From Eubacteriales bacterium (GTDB taxonomy: Bacteria > Bacillota > Clostridia > Oscillospirales > CAG-382), in the NCBI GenBank assembly GCA_045533335.1, contig JAZSHQ010000021.1, positions 2,648 through 66,647 on the forward strand: a stretch of 64,000 nucleotides of DNA, given 5' to 3'. Shown here one piece after another: positions 25,708 to 34,609 of this stretch. The translations under genes and the position numbers were made by a program. The notes under the pieces were generated by a model. That model ran no database searches, was not told the DNA's origin, and worked only from the letters and a program-made list of their open reading frames with translations. The first letter of the stretch is position 1. Each line of letters starts with the position of its first letter.

Positions 25708-26292
25708 ATGAACTTAAAAAAAGGGATGTCGACAAAGACTATTGCCATAGGCGCAATAATGACAGCGATAGTAATCGTTGTTCAATGTCTTGCGACATAC
25801 ACGACGTTCTTCGGTCCGTTTTCAACGGCGATCGCGTTGATACCTATCGTTATCGGTGCGGCTATGTGCGGTCCGTTGGTTGGCGCTTGGCTCGGGTTTG
25901 TGTTTGGCATTGTCGTGATTGCCACGGGCGGCGCCGCTTTGTTCTTTGAATTCAGCATTCCGGGAACTATCGTAACCGTAATTTTCAAAGGCACTCTGTG
26001 CGGCTTCTTTGCGGGACTTGTGTATAAGCTGATCGAAAAGCACAATCTAACGGTTGCGGCAATCGCGTCGGCGCTTATCGCTCCGCTCGTTAATACGGGA
26101 GTTTTCCTATTGGGAAGCGCGATCTTCTTTCTTCCCAAAGCAGATATGATTGCAGAGAAATTAAGTCTTGGTGTTTCGGGAATGGATGTGTTTATCGCAT
26201 TGGCGGGAGCAAATTTCCTTTTTGAATTGGGAATGTGTATCGTTTTGAGCCCCGTTATCGTAAGATTACTTAATATTAAAAAGAAAGCCTAA
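25708..26292 (+). CDS. ECF-transporter S (substrate-capture) component, possibly pantothenate-related
   Basis: About 194 aa with six hydrophobic spans and an AGGAGG RBS. It lies downstream of coaX. The substrate assignment is inference only. Confidence 0.55.
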   Translation: MNLKKGMSTKTIAIGAIMTAIVIVVQCLATYTTFFGPFSTAIALIPIVIGAAMCGPLVGAWLGFVFGIVVIATGGAALFFEFSIPGTIVTVIFKGTLCGFFAGLVYKLIEKHNLTVAAIASALIAPLVNTGVFLLGSAIFFLPKADMIAEKLSLGVSGMDVFIALAGANFLFELGMCIVLSPVIVRLLNIKKKA

Positions 26293-26346
26293 AAACAAAA
26301 AAACGCTGTCGTAATTTTGCTCGCGACAGCGTTTTTTGTTGCTTAT

Positions 26347-27648
26347 TTATTTAACCTCTTCGAAAAATTCTTTACCCTTTTTGCAAAGCGGGCAGGTGAA
26401 ATCATCTGGCATTTCGCCTTCGTGGATATATCCGCATATCTTGCAAACGTACTTTTTGCCGCCTGCGGCTTCCTGCTCGGGCAGAGTAACCGCAACGCCG
26501 CCGCAAAGCTCGTCGGCAAGCGCGTTTAACTGTTTTTCACTTTCTGCGTTAAGTGAAGACATAATTTTAACGTCGTTTTGTGCAAGGGTAAGGTTTTTGC
26601 TCTTTGCAAGCATTTCCTTCATCACCTTTGCGGCGAGCGGTGCCCAGCTTCCGTTTTCGATAAAGCCGACAAAGCGGTTTTGGAAGTTGCGCTCGGTAAG
26701 GTGGTTGATAAATTCCTTCATAAACGGGAAGACGTCTGCGTTGTAGGTCGTGGTTGCAAGCACGAGTTTGCTGTAACGGAACGCGTCTTCGACCGCCTCT
26801 GCCATATCACAGCGCGCAAGATCGTTTACCGCAACCTTCATACCCTTGCTTTCAAGAATTTCGGCAAGCTTCATTACCGCCTTTTTGGTGTTGCCGTAAA
26901 CAGAGGTGTAGGCGATAACCACGCCCTCTTCCTCGGGGCGGTAGCTCGACCAGATGTCGTAAAGATTGATGTAATAACCGAGATTTTCGTTAAGAATCGG
27001 GCCGTGAAGCGGGCAGATGATTGCGATGTCGAGCGTTGTTGCCTTTTTAAGCAGAGCCTGCACCTGCATTCCGTATTTGCCGACAATGCCGATATAATAG
27101 CGTCTTGCCTCGCACGCCCATTCCTCCTCGGCATCGAGCGCGCCGAATTTGCCGAATCCGTCGGCAGAAAAGAGTATTTTATCAAAGCTGTCGTAGGTAA
27201 CGATAACCTCCGGCCAATGCACCATAGGCGCGGTGACAAAGGTAAGCTCGTGTCTGCCGAGCGAAAGGGTACTGCCCTCGCCGACTACTATCTGCTTTTC
27301 GGCAAAATCGGTGCCGAAAAAGTTTTTCATCATCGCAAACGCCTTTGCAGACGAAACTATCTTCGCTTCGGGGTAGGCTTCTGCAAACACCGCGATATTC
27401 GCCGAATGGTCGGGCTCCATATGCTGTACCACAAGATAATCGGGCATTCTGCCGTCGAGCGCGTTTTTTATGTTTTCGAGCCATTCGCCGCCAAAACGCG
27501 CGTCTACCGTGTCCATAATTGCGATTTTTTCGTCGATTATCGCATAAGAATTGTAAGCCATTCCGTTGGGGACGATATACTGCCCCTCGAAAAGGTCGAT
27601 GCTTTTATCGTTTACTCCTATGTATTTAACGTCATTTGTGATATTCAT
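26347..27648 (-). CDS. Flavodiiron protein (FprA-type) with C-terminal rubredoxin domain
   Basis: Di-iron motif HMEPDHSAN, a flavodoxin-like VIAYTSVYGNTKKA, and a C-terminal KYVCKICGY...CPLCKKGK rubredoxin CxxC pair. Confidence 0.85.
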   Translation of the reverse strand: MNITNDVKYIGVNDKSIDLFEGQYIVPNGMAYNSYAIIDEKIAIMDTVDARFGGEWLENIKNALDGRMPDYLVVQHMEPDHSANIAVFAEAYPEAKIVSSAKAFAMMKNFFGTDFAEKQIVVGEGSTLSLGRHELTFVTAPMVHWPEVIVTYDSFDKILFSADGFGKFGALDAEEEWACEARRYYIGIVGKYGMQVQALLKKATTLDIAIICPLHGPILNENLGYYINLYDIWSSYRPEEEGVVIAYTSVYGNTKKAVMKLAEILESKGMKVAVNDLARCDMAEAVEDAFRYSKLVLATTTYNADVFPFMKEFINHLTERNFQNRFVGFIENGSWAPLAAKVMKEMLAKSKNLTLAQNDVKIMSSLNAESEKQLNALADELCGGVAVTLPEQEAAGGKKYVCKICGYIHEGEMPDDFTCPLCKKGKEFFEEVK

Positions 27649-27663
27649 AAGTTTTTACCTTTC

Positions 27664-28299
27664 TTACTGTTTTTTGCTGTGCTTGATAAAAGGGAAAATT
27701 TTTATTTTAAGCTTTTGCGGCTTTCCTTCGCAGATAAACAGCTTTGCCGTTACAATGCAGGCGATAAGGAGATAGCCGATATATATCGCCGCGTCGTGCT
27801 GGAATATCGGCATTATCAACGCCGCGAGAATAAAGCTTATCAGCGTTCGTGCGGAATTCGGGCTTATTTTTGCCATTATCGAAAACACGATAAAAATAAT
27901 ACCCAAAACCCTAACGCTTGTCAAGTCGGGGGTGAGCCCCAAAAGACTGCCGAAGGATACCGAAATGCCTTTTCCGCCCTTAAATTTGTGAAAAATAGGG
28001 AAACAATGTCCCAAAGCGGGTGCGGCAAGCACCGTAACGATGCCCCAAGGGGAGGTTGCGAAAAAGTGGCGGTATATAAATATCGGCAAAAAGCCTTTAA
28101 GAATATCGCAAGTAGCCGTGGCACAACCGCAGGCGATTCCGCCGTGCAGGAATGCGTTGTAGGCACCGGGGTTTTTATCGTCGCTTTGGCTTATTATGTC
28201 TTTTTTTGCAAAAAGCGAGCCGAAGTATTTCGCGAAAAGCAGGCTGCCGCAAAAATATCCGATTGTCGTAAAAATCAATGCCGAAATCAATCGACGCAC
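27664..28299 (-). CDS. plsY: Glycerol-3-phosphate acyltransferase PlsY
   Basis: GAYNAFLHGG and LGHCFPIFHKFKGGKGISVSFG motifs. The track ORF start (28410) overlaps the upstream gene, so a GTG at 28299 or TTG at 28290 (RBS GAAGGTG) is more plausible. Confidence 0.8.
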   Translation of the reverse strand: MRRLISALIFTTIGYFCGSLLFAKYFGSLFAKKDIISQSDDKNPGAYNAFLHGGIACGCATATCDILKGFLPIFIYRHFFATSPWGIVTVLAAPALGHCFPIFHKFKGGKGISVSFGSLLGLTPDLTSVRVLGIIFIVFSIMAKISPNSARTLISFILAALIMPIFQHDAAIYIGYLLIACIVTAKLFICEGKPQKLKIKIFPFIKHSKKQ

Positions 28300-28346
28300 C
28301 TTCTTTTCAAAACTTACGGGGCCGCCTTGCGGCAACCCCTTTAAGC

Positions 28347-29150
28347 TTAAATATTGTTTCTCCAGCTTTCGTCGCGTTCTATGCGCGATTGACGCGAGCG
28401 CATTTCGCATTCTATGCGGTGCTTGCTTCCGCGCGCAAAAAGGTTGACCTTGGTGTCTTCGCCAAAGGATTGCTGAAGAATATTTTCGACAGTTCCGTTC
28501 GAAAGGAAGCTGCAGGAAAAGATATCGATGTTTGCTATACGCTCCGCAATCGAATAGTGGAAGGCGATATGGCTTTGCGCCACCACTAACAGACCCGAAA
28601 TGTGTTCGGGGTTTTGGAGCTTGTCGTAGATTACGTAAGGGCGCGAGATCGCCTGCATATTGATGCGCGGTGCAACGTTATCGAGCCATTTGAAAATGCT
28701 TTCGAAATTCGCATCGATATTTTCTGCCGTTATCATATAGTGCGGGCCGAAATCGTTGCCGGTGTCGATATTACCGCTTATTCCTTCGAACACGCGGCGG
28801 TCGACGACGTTCGTGCTAATCGTGCTTGCGTAGATCTGGTTGCGGATAAGTGTCGTTACCTCGTCTTCGCTGAAGAATTGGTCGGTAAGTATATCGACAA
28901 AATAGCAGGAACGGTAGGGGAAGGTATGTATGGTAATGTGCGAGCCGTTGGCACAGATACAAAACGCGCTCACACCCACGTCCTCGGATTCCTTGCAGTA
29001 ATAGTAGGGAACGAGGAACGGAGGCATAACCGGTTTCATATTAAGGCTGTTCGACAGCTGTACCAACAGATCGTTTACGACCATAATGCTGTTGGATTGC
29101 TCTACAAAGCAACCGTAGGCATCCAACATATAGTGTCTGTTTGCAAGCAT
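28347..29150 (-). CDS. Tandem-duplicated S-adenosylmethionine-decarboxylase-like (pyruvoyl-enzyme fold) protein; last gene of the TIR operon
   Basis: Two modules follow the bacterial AdoMetDC pattern: NRHYMLDAYGC...GVSAFCICANGSHITIHTFPYRSCYFVDILTD and PHYMITAENID...ISGLLVVAQSHIAFHYSIAERIANIDIFSCS. Compare SpeD: GRHVISELWGC...[27 protein letters not shown]. Confidence 0.6.
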   Translation of the reverse strand: MLANRHYMLDAYGCFVEQSNSIMVVNDLLVQLSNSLNMKPVMPPFLVPYYYCKESEDVGVSAFCICANGSHITIHTFPYRSCYFVDILTDQFFSEDEVTTLIRNQIYASTISTNVVDRRVFEGISGNIDTGNDFGPHYMITAENIDANFESIFKWLDNVAPRINMQAISRPYVIYDKLQNPEHISGLLVVAQSHIAFHYSIAERIANIDIFSCSFLSNGTVENILQQSFGEDTKVNLFARGSKHRIECEMRSRQSRIERDESWRNNI

Positions 29151-29159
29151 TTTGCTCTC

Positions 29160-31415
29160 CTAATCTACGAATATCTCGTTGAAATCCTTGAAGTTGATAA
29201 GCACGGGATCTATCCACCATGTGTTGCTTGTGCGAAGCACGTTCGGCAGACAGTAGAAAACGTTGCTCAGGTTATATGAAAATTCCGAAAGCACCTTTAT
29301 TTCTTTCGCTTCGGGGTTGGCGTCGCCGTCTAAATCGTAGTTTAGCGAGAAGGTTACCGTTTTATAGCCGTCGTAGTTTTCGTTGCCGCTGTTGCAGGTC
29401 GCGGTGTAGGGATATATCGCACGCGAGGGGTTGTCGTTGCTCAATTCAAATGTACCGTTTCTTAAATATTCAAGAATATGGAACGCGAAGCTTATCCATT
29501 CGTTGACGTTGCTTTCGTTAAGCGCTTTTAAGCTCTTGGCATATCCGAGAGTGTATTTCTTGAATTCTGCGGTGTTTAAAAGCTCGTATTTTCCGATGGC
29601 AGAATAGAGCGCACGGCGTGCGCTTTCCGATGAATTCGAGCCCGAACCGCACATTTCGCAAAGCTCGATAAAACGGTGCATAAGCGAAATCATATCTTCG
29701 AAATTGCTTGCGTTGAATTCTTTAAGCGTATCCGCTTCTTCCTTTGCGGCAGAAAGGAAACGCTCGTGCAGAGCCTTTTGGTCCTTTGCAATATCTGCTT
29801 CCGAAAGGCAGGAAAGACTCGATTTTACGTCAAATTCCGACTTTCTTTCACCGTACGCAAGAAGCCCCTTGTAGAAGCATATTATATGGCGGAAGGTTTC
29901 GCTTAAGATTATGCAGACATATTTTGCACGTTGCTCGGGTGTCATAGAGGTCTTCATTTTTTCGAGCAGCGCCATATTGTCGTAGATATTACCCGCACAA
30001 ATCGATTTTTCAACGGTTTCCTCTTCGTGCACCGCCGAAAGCGACGAAATTATCAGCATTGCCATCGCTCTTGCGCGCAAACGCTTGTTGTTTGCGTTCG
30101 GCACCTTGCCGAAACCGCTCGCTTCGCCGAATATCAGCTTTTCCTTTATTATTCGGTCGATTTCCTGCATAAGCTCGCGCTTGTTGCGTCCGCGGATATA
30201 CATTTTGGGGTTATCTATGCGCTTGCAAAGGTTGCGCGCGATGTCGACAAAGTTCTTTTCGTTCAAGAACAAAACCTCAAGCACGCTCGAGGGGCTGTAC
30301 TCGATAAGAAGCATAACGATTATGCTGTCCCAGTCAAGCTTTTGCGATTCTATATTTTCGCTTGGATTCGATTCGCCGAAGATGTCGTCGCCTTCGCGTT
30401 TGTAAAAAGCATCGTAAAGCGCCGCCTTCGAGCCGATGTTTATGTCGATGGTATCGGATATCGCCAAAGCGAGATTTTTAATGTATTTGTAGTTAATCGT
30501 GTGGACCTGATGTATCAGGTTGTTTTTTTTTGATTCCGGTTCATTTTCCTCGGACCACGGAACGAGTGCGATTTCCGAATACACTTCTTCGGGAACGCGG
30601 TTTATGGTGTTTTCGTCTTCGGAATCGGATTCGAATACCGTGAAGCTGACGGTTTGCGAGTTCTTTTCGCAGATATACTTCAGTTCGAGCTTATGACCGT
30701 TTTCGCTTTCGCTTTTTTCTATACTGAAGAGCGAGAACATATCGAGATAACGGTCCTCGTTGAAATAAAGAAGATACATTGCGGGGATATAGCGGTAATC
30801 CTCGGATTCGCGCGGGTTTTTGGAAACGAACACGAAATTGCCGTCTTCGTCCTGGACCAGATCGTAATCCTGCAGAAATGCTATGTTTTCGAGCAGATCG
30901 AGGAACATCGCCGAAAGTTCGAGCGTATCCATATTAAAGCGCGCGGGCGCGACACGCCATTCTGCGATGAGCTTGAAATACTTGATCAGCGTGAAATCAC
31001 GGGAGCCGAAGGAGGAGAGCCTTTTGAAAATATCGTAAAGTTCGCTGTCCTCGTCCTGAAGCATTTCGAACTGAATATCGGTAAGCACGAACTGCACTAG
31101 CTCGGGAGTTACCGGATATTGCGAATAGGCCTTTTTTAAGCTGTTTATAATGCGAAGCGAGCTTTGCGACGAAACGTTTTCGCTTATCGATTCGCCGCTG
31201 TTTATATCGCATTTAAGACTTCCGTATGCAAAAATGAACGAAAGCGTGAGAATGTTATTTATAAAAACTACGTAAGAGGAGGATTTGCAGTATTTTTTAA
31301 CGTTCGTTCCGCCCAATATAAAGTTTTTCATATTGTCGCAGACCTTGTCGTTGAAAAATTCCAAAATACTGTTTCGGGTGGCTTCCTCCAAAGATTTTTT
31401 GGAACGCTCGTCCAT
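29160..31415 (-). CDS. 751-aa orphan protein (no recognisable motif); fourth gene of the TIR operon
   Basis: Long uninterrupted ORF. AGGAGG RBS 7 nt upstream. 18-nt gap from the ATPase gene and 9-nt gap to the next gene. No P-loop, nuclease or HEPN motif found by eye. Confidence 0.75.
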   Translation of the reverse strand: MDERSKKSLEEATRNSILEFFNDKVCDNMKNFILGGTNVKKYCKSSSYVVFINNILTLSFIFAYGSLKCDINSGESISENVSSQSSLRIINSLKKAYSQYPVTPELVQFVLTDIQFEMLQDEDSELYDIFKRLSSFGSRDFTLIKYFKLIAEWRVAPARFNMDTLELSAMFLDLLENIAFLQDYDLVQDEDGNFVFVSKNPRESEDYRYIPAMYLLYFNEDRYLDMFSLFSIEKSESENGHKLELKYICEKNSQTVSFTVFESDSEDENTINRVPEEVYSEIALVPWSEENEPESKKNNLIHQVHTINYKYIKNLALAISDTIDINIGSKAALYDAFYKREGDDIFGESNPSENIESQKLDWDSIIVMLLIEYSPSSVLEVLFLNEKNFVDIARNLCKRIDNPKMYIRGRNKRELMQEIDRIIKEKLIFGEASGFGKVPNANNKRLRARAMAMLIISSLSAVHEEETVEKSICAGNIYDNMALLEKMKTSMTPEQRAKYVCIILSETFRHIICFYKGLLAYGERKSEFDVKSSLSCLSEADIAKDQKALHERFLSAAKEEADTLKEFNASNFEDMISLMHRFIELCEMCGSGSNSSESARRALYSAIGKYELLNTAEFKKYTLGYAKSLKALNESNVNEWISFAFHILEYLRNGTFELSNDNPSRAIYPYTATCNSGNENYDGYKTVTFSLNYDLDGDANPEAKEIKVLSEFSYNLSNVFYCLPNVLRTSNTWWIDPVLINFKDFNEIFVD

Positions 31416-31433
31416 AATGACGCCTCCTGATAA

Positions 31434-32366
31434 CTAATCGATTTCTACCTCGTCGATGATTCTTGCCAGCTTTTTGTATCTTTCAAGAGCTACCTTTTCG
31501 TCATCCATAAGCTTGTCTTTGTCGATAGCGAAGAGCTGGTCCTCCTGCCACATAAAGCGGTCTACTGCTGGAATGCCGAATTCTTCACGGTCAAGCATAT
31601 CAAGAATATAGTTGTGACGGAGATCGTCACCGCCGAAAGAAGATTCAAAGTTATTGTTGATCTTATCTACCGCAAATCCGGGGTACTGAACTCCGTTTAT
31701 TGTGGTGCTGTACTTCGGGATAACGTTAGGTACGAAGATAACGGTCTTTTCTTCGCCGATGCTCTTATCGCCGTCTTCGACAGCGGTAAAGAAACGGCGG
31801 GTACCGTTAACGAACTGAATGGTGGGACGCATACAGCATACCACGACGTTTGCCGCGTAGTTGGAAATATTCGCGGTCGCGGTGTTACCCACGGAGGAGT
31901 CGAGAACTATTGCCGGAACGTCGAAACGGCGTTCGCAAACGTTAATAAAGCTGTTCAGCTTTTCGAAGAAGGAATTGTTTGTATCGGAATAGTTGGATTT
32001 TGCATCCTTATCGATATTCTTGTTATCCTTTGCAGGAAGCAGAAGAATAGCTTCGTTTATACCGTAGCCGAACGCATTGCCCACGGGGATAAGCTGACCG
32101 AGGAAGGGGTGGTCGGAAATCGAATCGTAGTTTTTGGTATCGATTCCGTTGTGAAGAAGATACTGAAGGCAGTTTGTGTCGGTAACCTTGTCCTCTGCGC
32201 GGAGAAGATAAGACATACCGCAGCTGTCTACGTCGGTATCGACGACGATCATAGGACTTTCGGCAGTCGGTTTGATATGGTTGGCTGCCAAAAGGGGAAT
32301 AACGTTATATGCGAGCGTGCTTCTGCCCGCGCCGCCTTTATACGAAAAGAAGGATATTACTTTCAT
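31434..32366 (-). CDS. ParA/MinD-superfamily ATPase with variant Walker A (KGGAGR)
   Basis: MKVISFFSYKGGAGRSTLAYNV (deviant Walker A, with Arg where the P-loop Lys normally sits), MIVVDTDVDSCGMSYLL, and a Walker-B-like PAIVLDSSVGNT. AGGAGAAA RBS. Confidence 0.7.
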   Translation of the reverse strand: MKVISFFSYKGGAGRSTLAYNVIPLLAANHIKPTAESPMIVVDTDVDSCGMSYLLRAEDKVTDTNCLQYLLHNGIDTKNYDSISDHPFLGQLIPVGNAFGYGINEAILLLPAKDNKNIDKDAKSNYSDTNNSFFEKLNSFINVCERRFDVPAIVLDSSVGNTATANISNYAANVVVCCMRPTIQFVNGTRRFFTAVEDGDKSIGEEKTVIFVPNVIPKYSTTINGVQYPGFAVDKINNNFESSFGGDDLRHNYILDMLDREEFGIPAVDRFMWQEDQLFAIDKDKLMDDEKVALERYKKLARIIDEVEID

Positions 32367-32392
32367 TTCTTGCGTTTCTCCTGACTGTAATA

Positions 32393-34597
32393 TTATTCAA
32401 ACAGCGAGCTTTCGTGATCGCCGGAGTTCTTGATGCGTGCGATATAGTTGCCGACAAGAAGCCGTACGTCTTTTCTGATATAGCCTTGGAAGCGTTCGAG
32501 CTCTTTTTTGTTTTCCTCGAAGGATGCCTTTGAGGATTTCGATGCGGAATACACCCTATCGCTGAGAAGCGACATAACGAATGCACCCATCGCGGTTTCG
32601 AAAGCCTTGCTCGATTCGTTAAGCTCTTCTGCGCCCATAACCGATGCTGTGATGTTTTCGGCAACCGATGCGATAAAGCCGCTGATAAGCTCGGGGAACA
32701 TATACTTAATTTCGCGCTTCAGAATGTCTACAACAGCATCCTCGACAGGTCTTTCAACGTGATCAAGCTGGTTTTGCAACTCGATATTTTTGTTTTGAAG
32801 CTTTTCGATTTCTTTTTCCTTGTCATCGATAACCTGATTAAGCTTGCCGATAGCGCCGTCGGGAAGTTCGTCCTGACGTTTTTGCTCGGCAAGGATCGCT
32901 TCACGCTGGGATTTGTTTTTGTTGTAGTTTTCTATATATTCGCTTTCGTATCTTTCGTAATAGAAATAGAATTCTCCCAAAGCGGAAATATAGTAATAGT
33001 TACTGCAACTGAAGAAGCCGTCCTTTTCCCATATCCACTTGACCGAAGTGCCTTTTTCGTAACGGTTTTCAAGGATATAGCCAAGGTATTTACGCATATT
33101 GTGCTGGGGATATTTAATAAGATATTCGCTTATCGCGTTGTTGGTACGTATAAGCAGCGGCATAAGCGAGAACACACGCATACGGCGCTTTCTGAGCTCT
33201 TTTATAATAACCTTGTGGCGGGTGAATCTTTCGTTGAAACCGATAAGGAACTGATCAACGATATAGTCCTTGCCGTCGTTTTTAAGCTTTTCATAGGTAC
33301 GGAACGCCTTTTGTACCGCGAGCTGGCAGGAGTCGAGCATATCGTTATACTCGCGCAGTGCCTTTTCAAGCTGTTCCTCGTCGGTTGCAAATGCGCGCTG
33401 AACATCGAGATCTTCGTCCACACCGGCATCGAGCATAATGTTTATCATATACACCGTGTTGAACAGTGCGTCGGACGTGGTCGCCATCGAGATATCATCT
33501 TCGGTGAGGGTGGTATGAAGGTCGTTGTAATAAAATGCATCTGCGAGCTTATCCTTGGAAAGACGCCATATTTCGTGCGCAACCGCTTTGCAGTTTTCTT
33601 CCAAAAGACCGTATTCGCCGCTTATTTTGTCGATTCCGCCGTTTATTTCGATAAAGCGGAGCCTTAATTCGTTGTAGGGGTCGTATTTAGATGTTTGGCG
33701 AGATTCGCTATCGACAACAGCTTCGCTTTCGCCGCTTGTCGCCGCGTTTATTTCCTCGTATTCCTCGAGATGCTTTTGATATTCTTCTTGGAGTGTCTTA
33801 AAGGTATCGGTGGTGGTGTTATAGCGCTCGCAATTACGTTCTTCCTTGAGATAGTTCAAATATTCTTCGAAGGTTTTGAACATTTCCACAAGACATTCGC
33901 AAACCGTAAAGGTGTAGTAAAGAGAGGGCTCTTCACAGCCCTTGGTGAAGTTCCAGCCGATTTCAAGCTTTTTAGATTCACCGCGCTCGCTTTCACCTTC
34001 GATAAAGCTGTCGTTAATATAACGCATACCGTAGGATATTGCGGCAACCAGCCTTTCCTGGCGTCTGCATTTTTCACGTATGCTTGCGTGGTATTTAAGT
34101 ATCTGCAAAAAGCAGGATACAACCCAGGTAATAGCTTCTATGTTGGAGATTTCAACGTTGAAATGAGCGGTTTCGTAAGGCGAAGCGTCGAAAACGTATT
34201 CGTCGGGATTTTCCGTTTCGATTCTTGCAAGGACGTCGTCCATAACGATGTCCATTATTTCACGAATGGTGAGGTTTTTCTTGTCCTTTAATATTTCGTC
34301 ATCGTCGAAATCGAGTTTGAAGGACGAAGCTAAAAGCATAAGTGCCTGAAGCGAGTGGCACTGCGAAAGCAGACCTACCGCGCGGGTATCGTCCATAAAA
34401 AAGCCGATATCGCCTTTTTTGGGATCGCTGTTAAAGCGCGAATAAAGCTCTTCAAATATTTTTTTGCCGATCTTGATCTTTGATCTGTACTGATAGAAAA
34501 CCTGCGAATCGTCGTTTTTCGAGGCGAAGTCGACGATATCTGCAAGGTTACCGTATCGTGCGCGTCTGTCGATTGTAGAAGTAGTGTGATCTGCCAT
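32393..34597 (-). CDS. 734-aa orphan protein, predicted mostly helical with C-terminal coiled coil; second gene of the TIR operon
   Basis: Long ORF 12 nt downstream of the TIR gene stop. Heptad-like KEKEIEKLQNKNIELQNQLD and an acidic linker EEINAATSGESEAVVDSESRQ. No catalytic motif recognised. Confidence 0.75.
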   Translation of the reverse strand: MADHTTSTIDRRARYGNLADIVDFASKNDDSQVFYQYRSKIKIGKKIFEELYSRFNSDPKKGDIGFFMDDTRAVGLLSQCHSLQALMLLASSFKLDFDDDEILKDKKNLTIREIMDIVMDDVLARIETENPDEYVFDASPYETAHFNVEISNIEAITWVVSCFLQILKYHASIREKCRRQERLVAAISYGMRYINDSFIEGESERGESKKLEIGWNFTKGCEEPSLYYTFTVCECLVEMFKTFEEYLNYLKEERNCERYNTTTDTFKTLQEEYQKHLEEYEEINAATSGESEAVVDSESRQTSKYDPYNELRLRFIEINGGIDKISGEYGLLEENCKAVAHEIWRLSKDKLADAFYYNDLHTTLTEDDISMATTSDALFNTVYMINIMLDAGVDEDLDVQRAFATDEEQLEKALREYNDMLDSCQLAVQKAFRTYEKLKNDGKDYIVDQFLIGFNERFTRHKVIIKELRKRRMRVFSLMPLLIRTNNAISEYLIKYPQHNMRKYLGYILENRYEKGTSVKWIWEKDGFFSCSNYYYISALGEFYFYYERYESEYIENYNKNKSQREAILAEQKRQDELPDGAIGKLNQVIDDKEKEIEKLQNKNIELQNQLDHVERPVEDAVVDILKREIKYMFPELISGFIASVAENITASVMGAEELNESSKAFETAMGAFVMSLLSDRVYSASKSSKASFEENKKELERFQGYIRKDVRLLVGNYIARIKNSGDHESSLFE

Positions 34598-34609
34598 TTC
34601 GTTCTCCGA

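Noticed and set aside
26578-28344. A 588-aa plus-strand ORF.
   Set aside because: It is antisense to the well-supported fprA-rubredoxin and plsY genes. It has no motifs and is Arg/Cys/His-rich, so it is a shadow ORF.
32759-33667. A 302-aa plus-strand ORF and other plus-strand ORFs (31614-32384, 33695-34291, 29931-30533, 28602-29279) inside the TIR operon.
   Set aside because: All are antisense to long minus-strand ORFs that have RBSs and recognisable domains. They lack RBSs and motifs.
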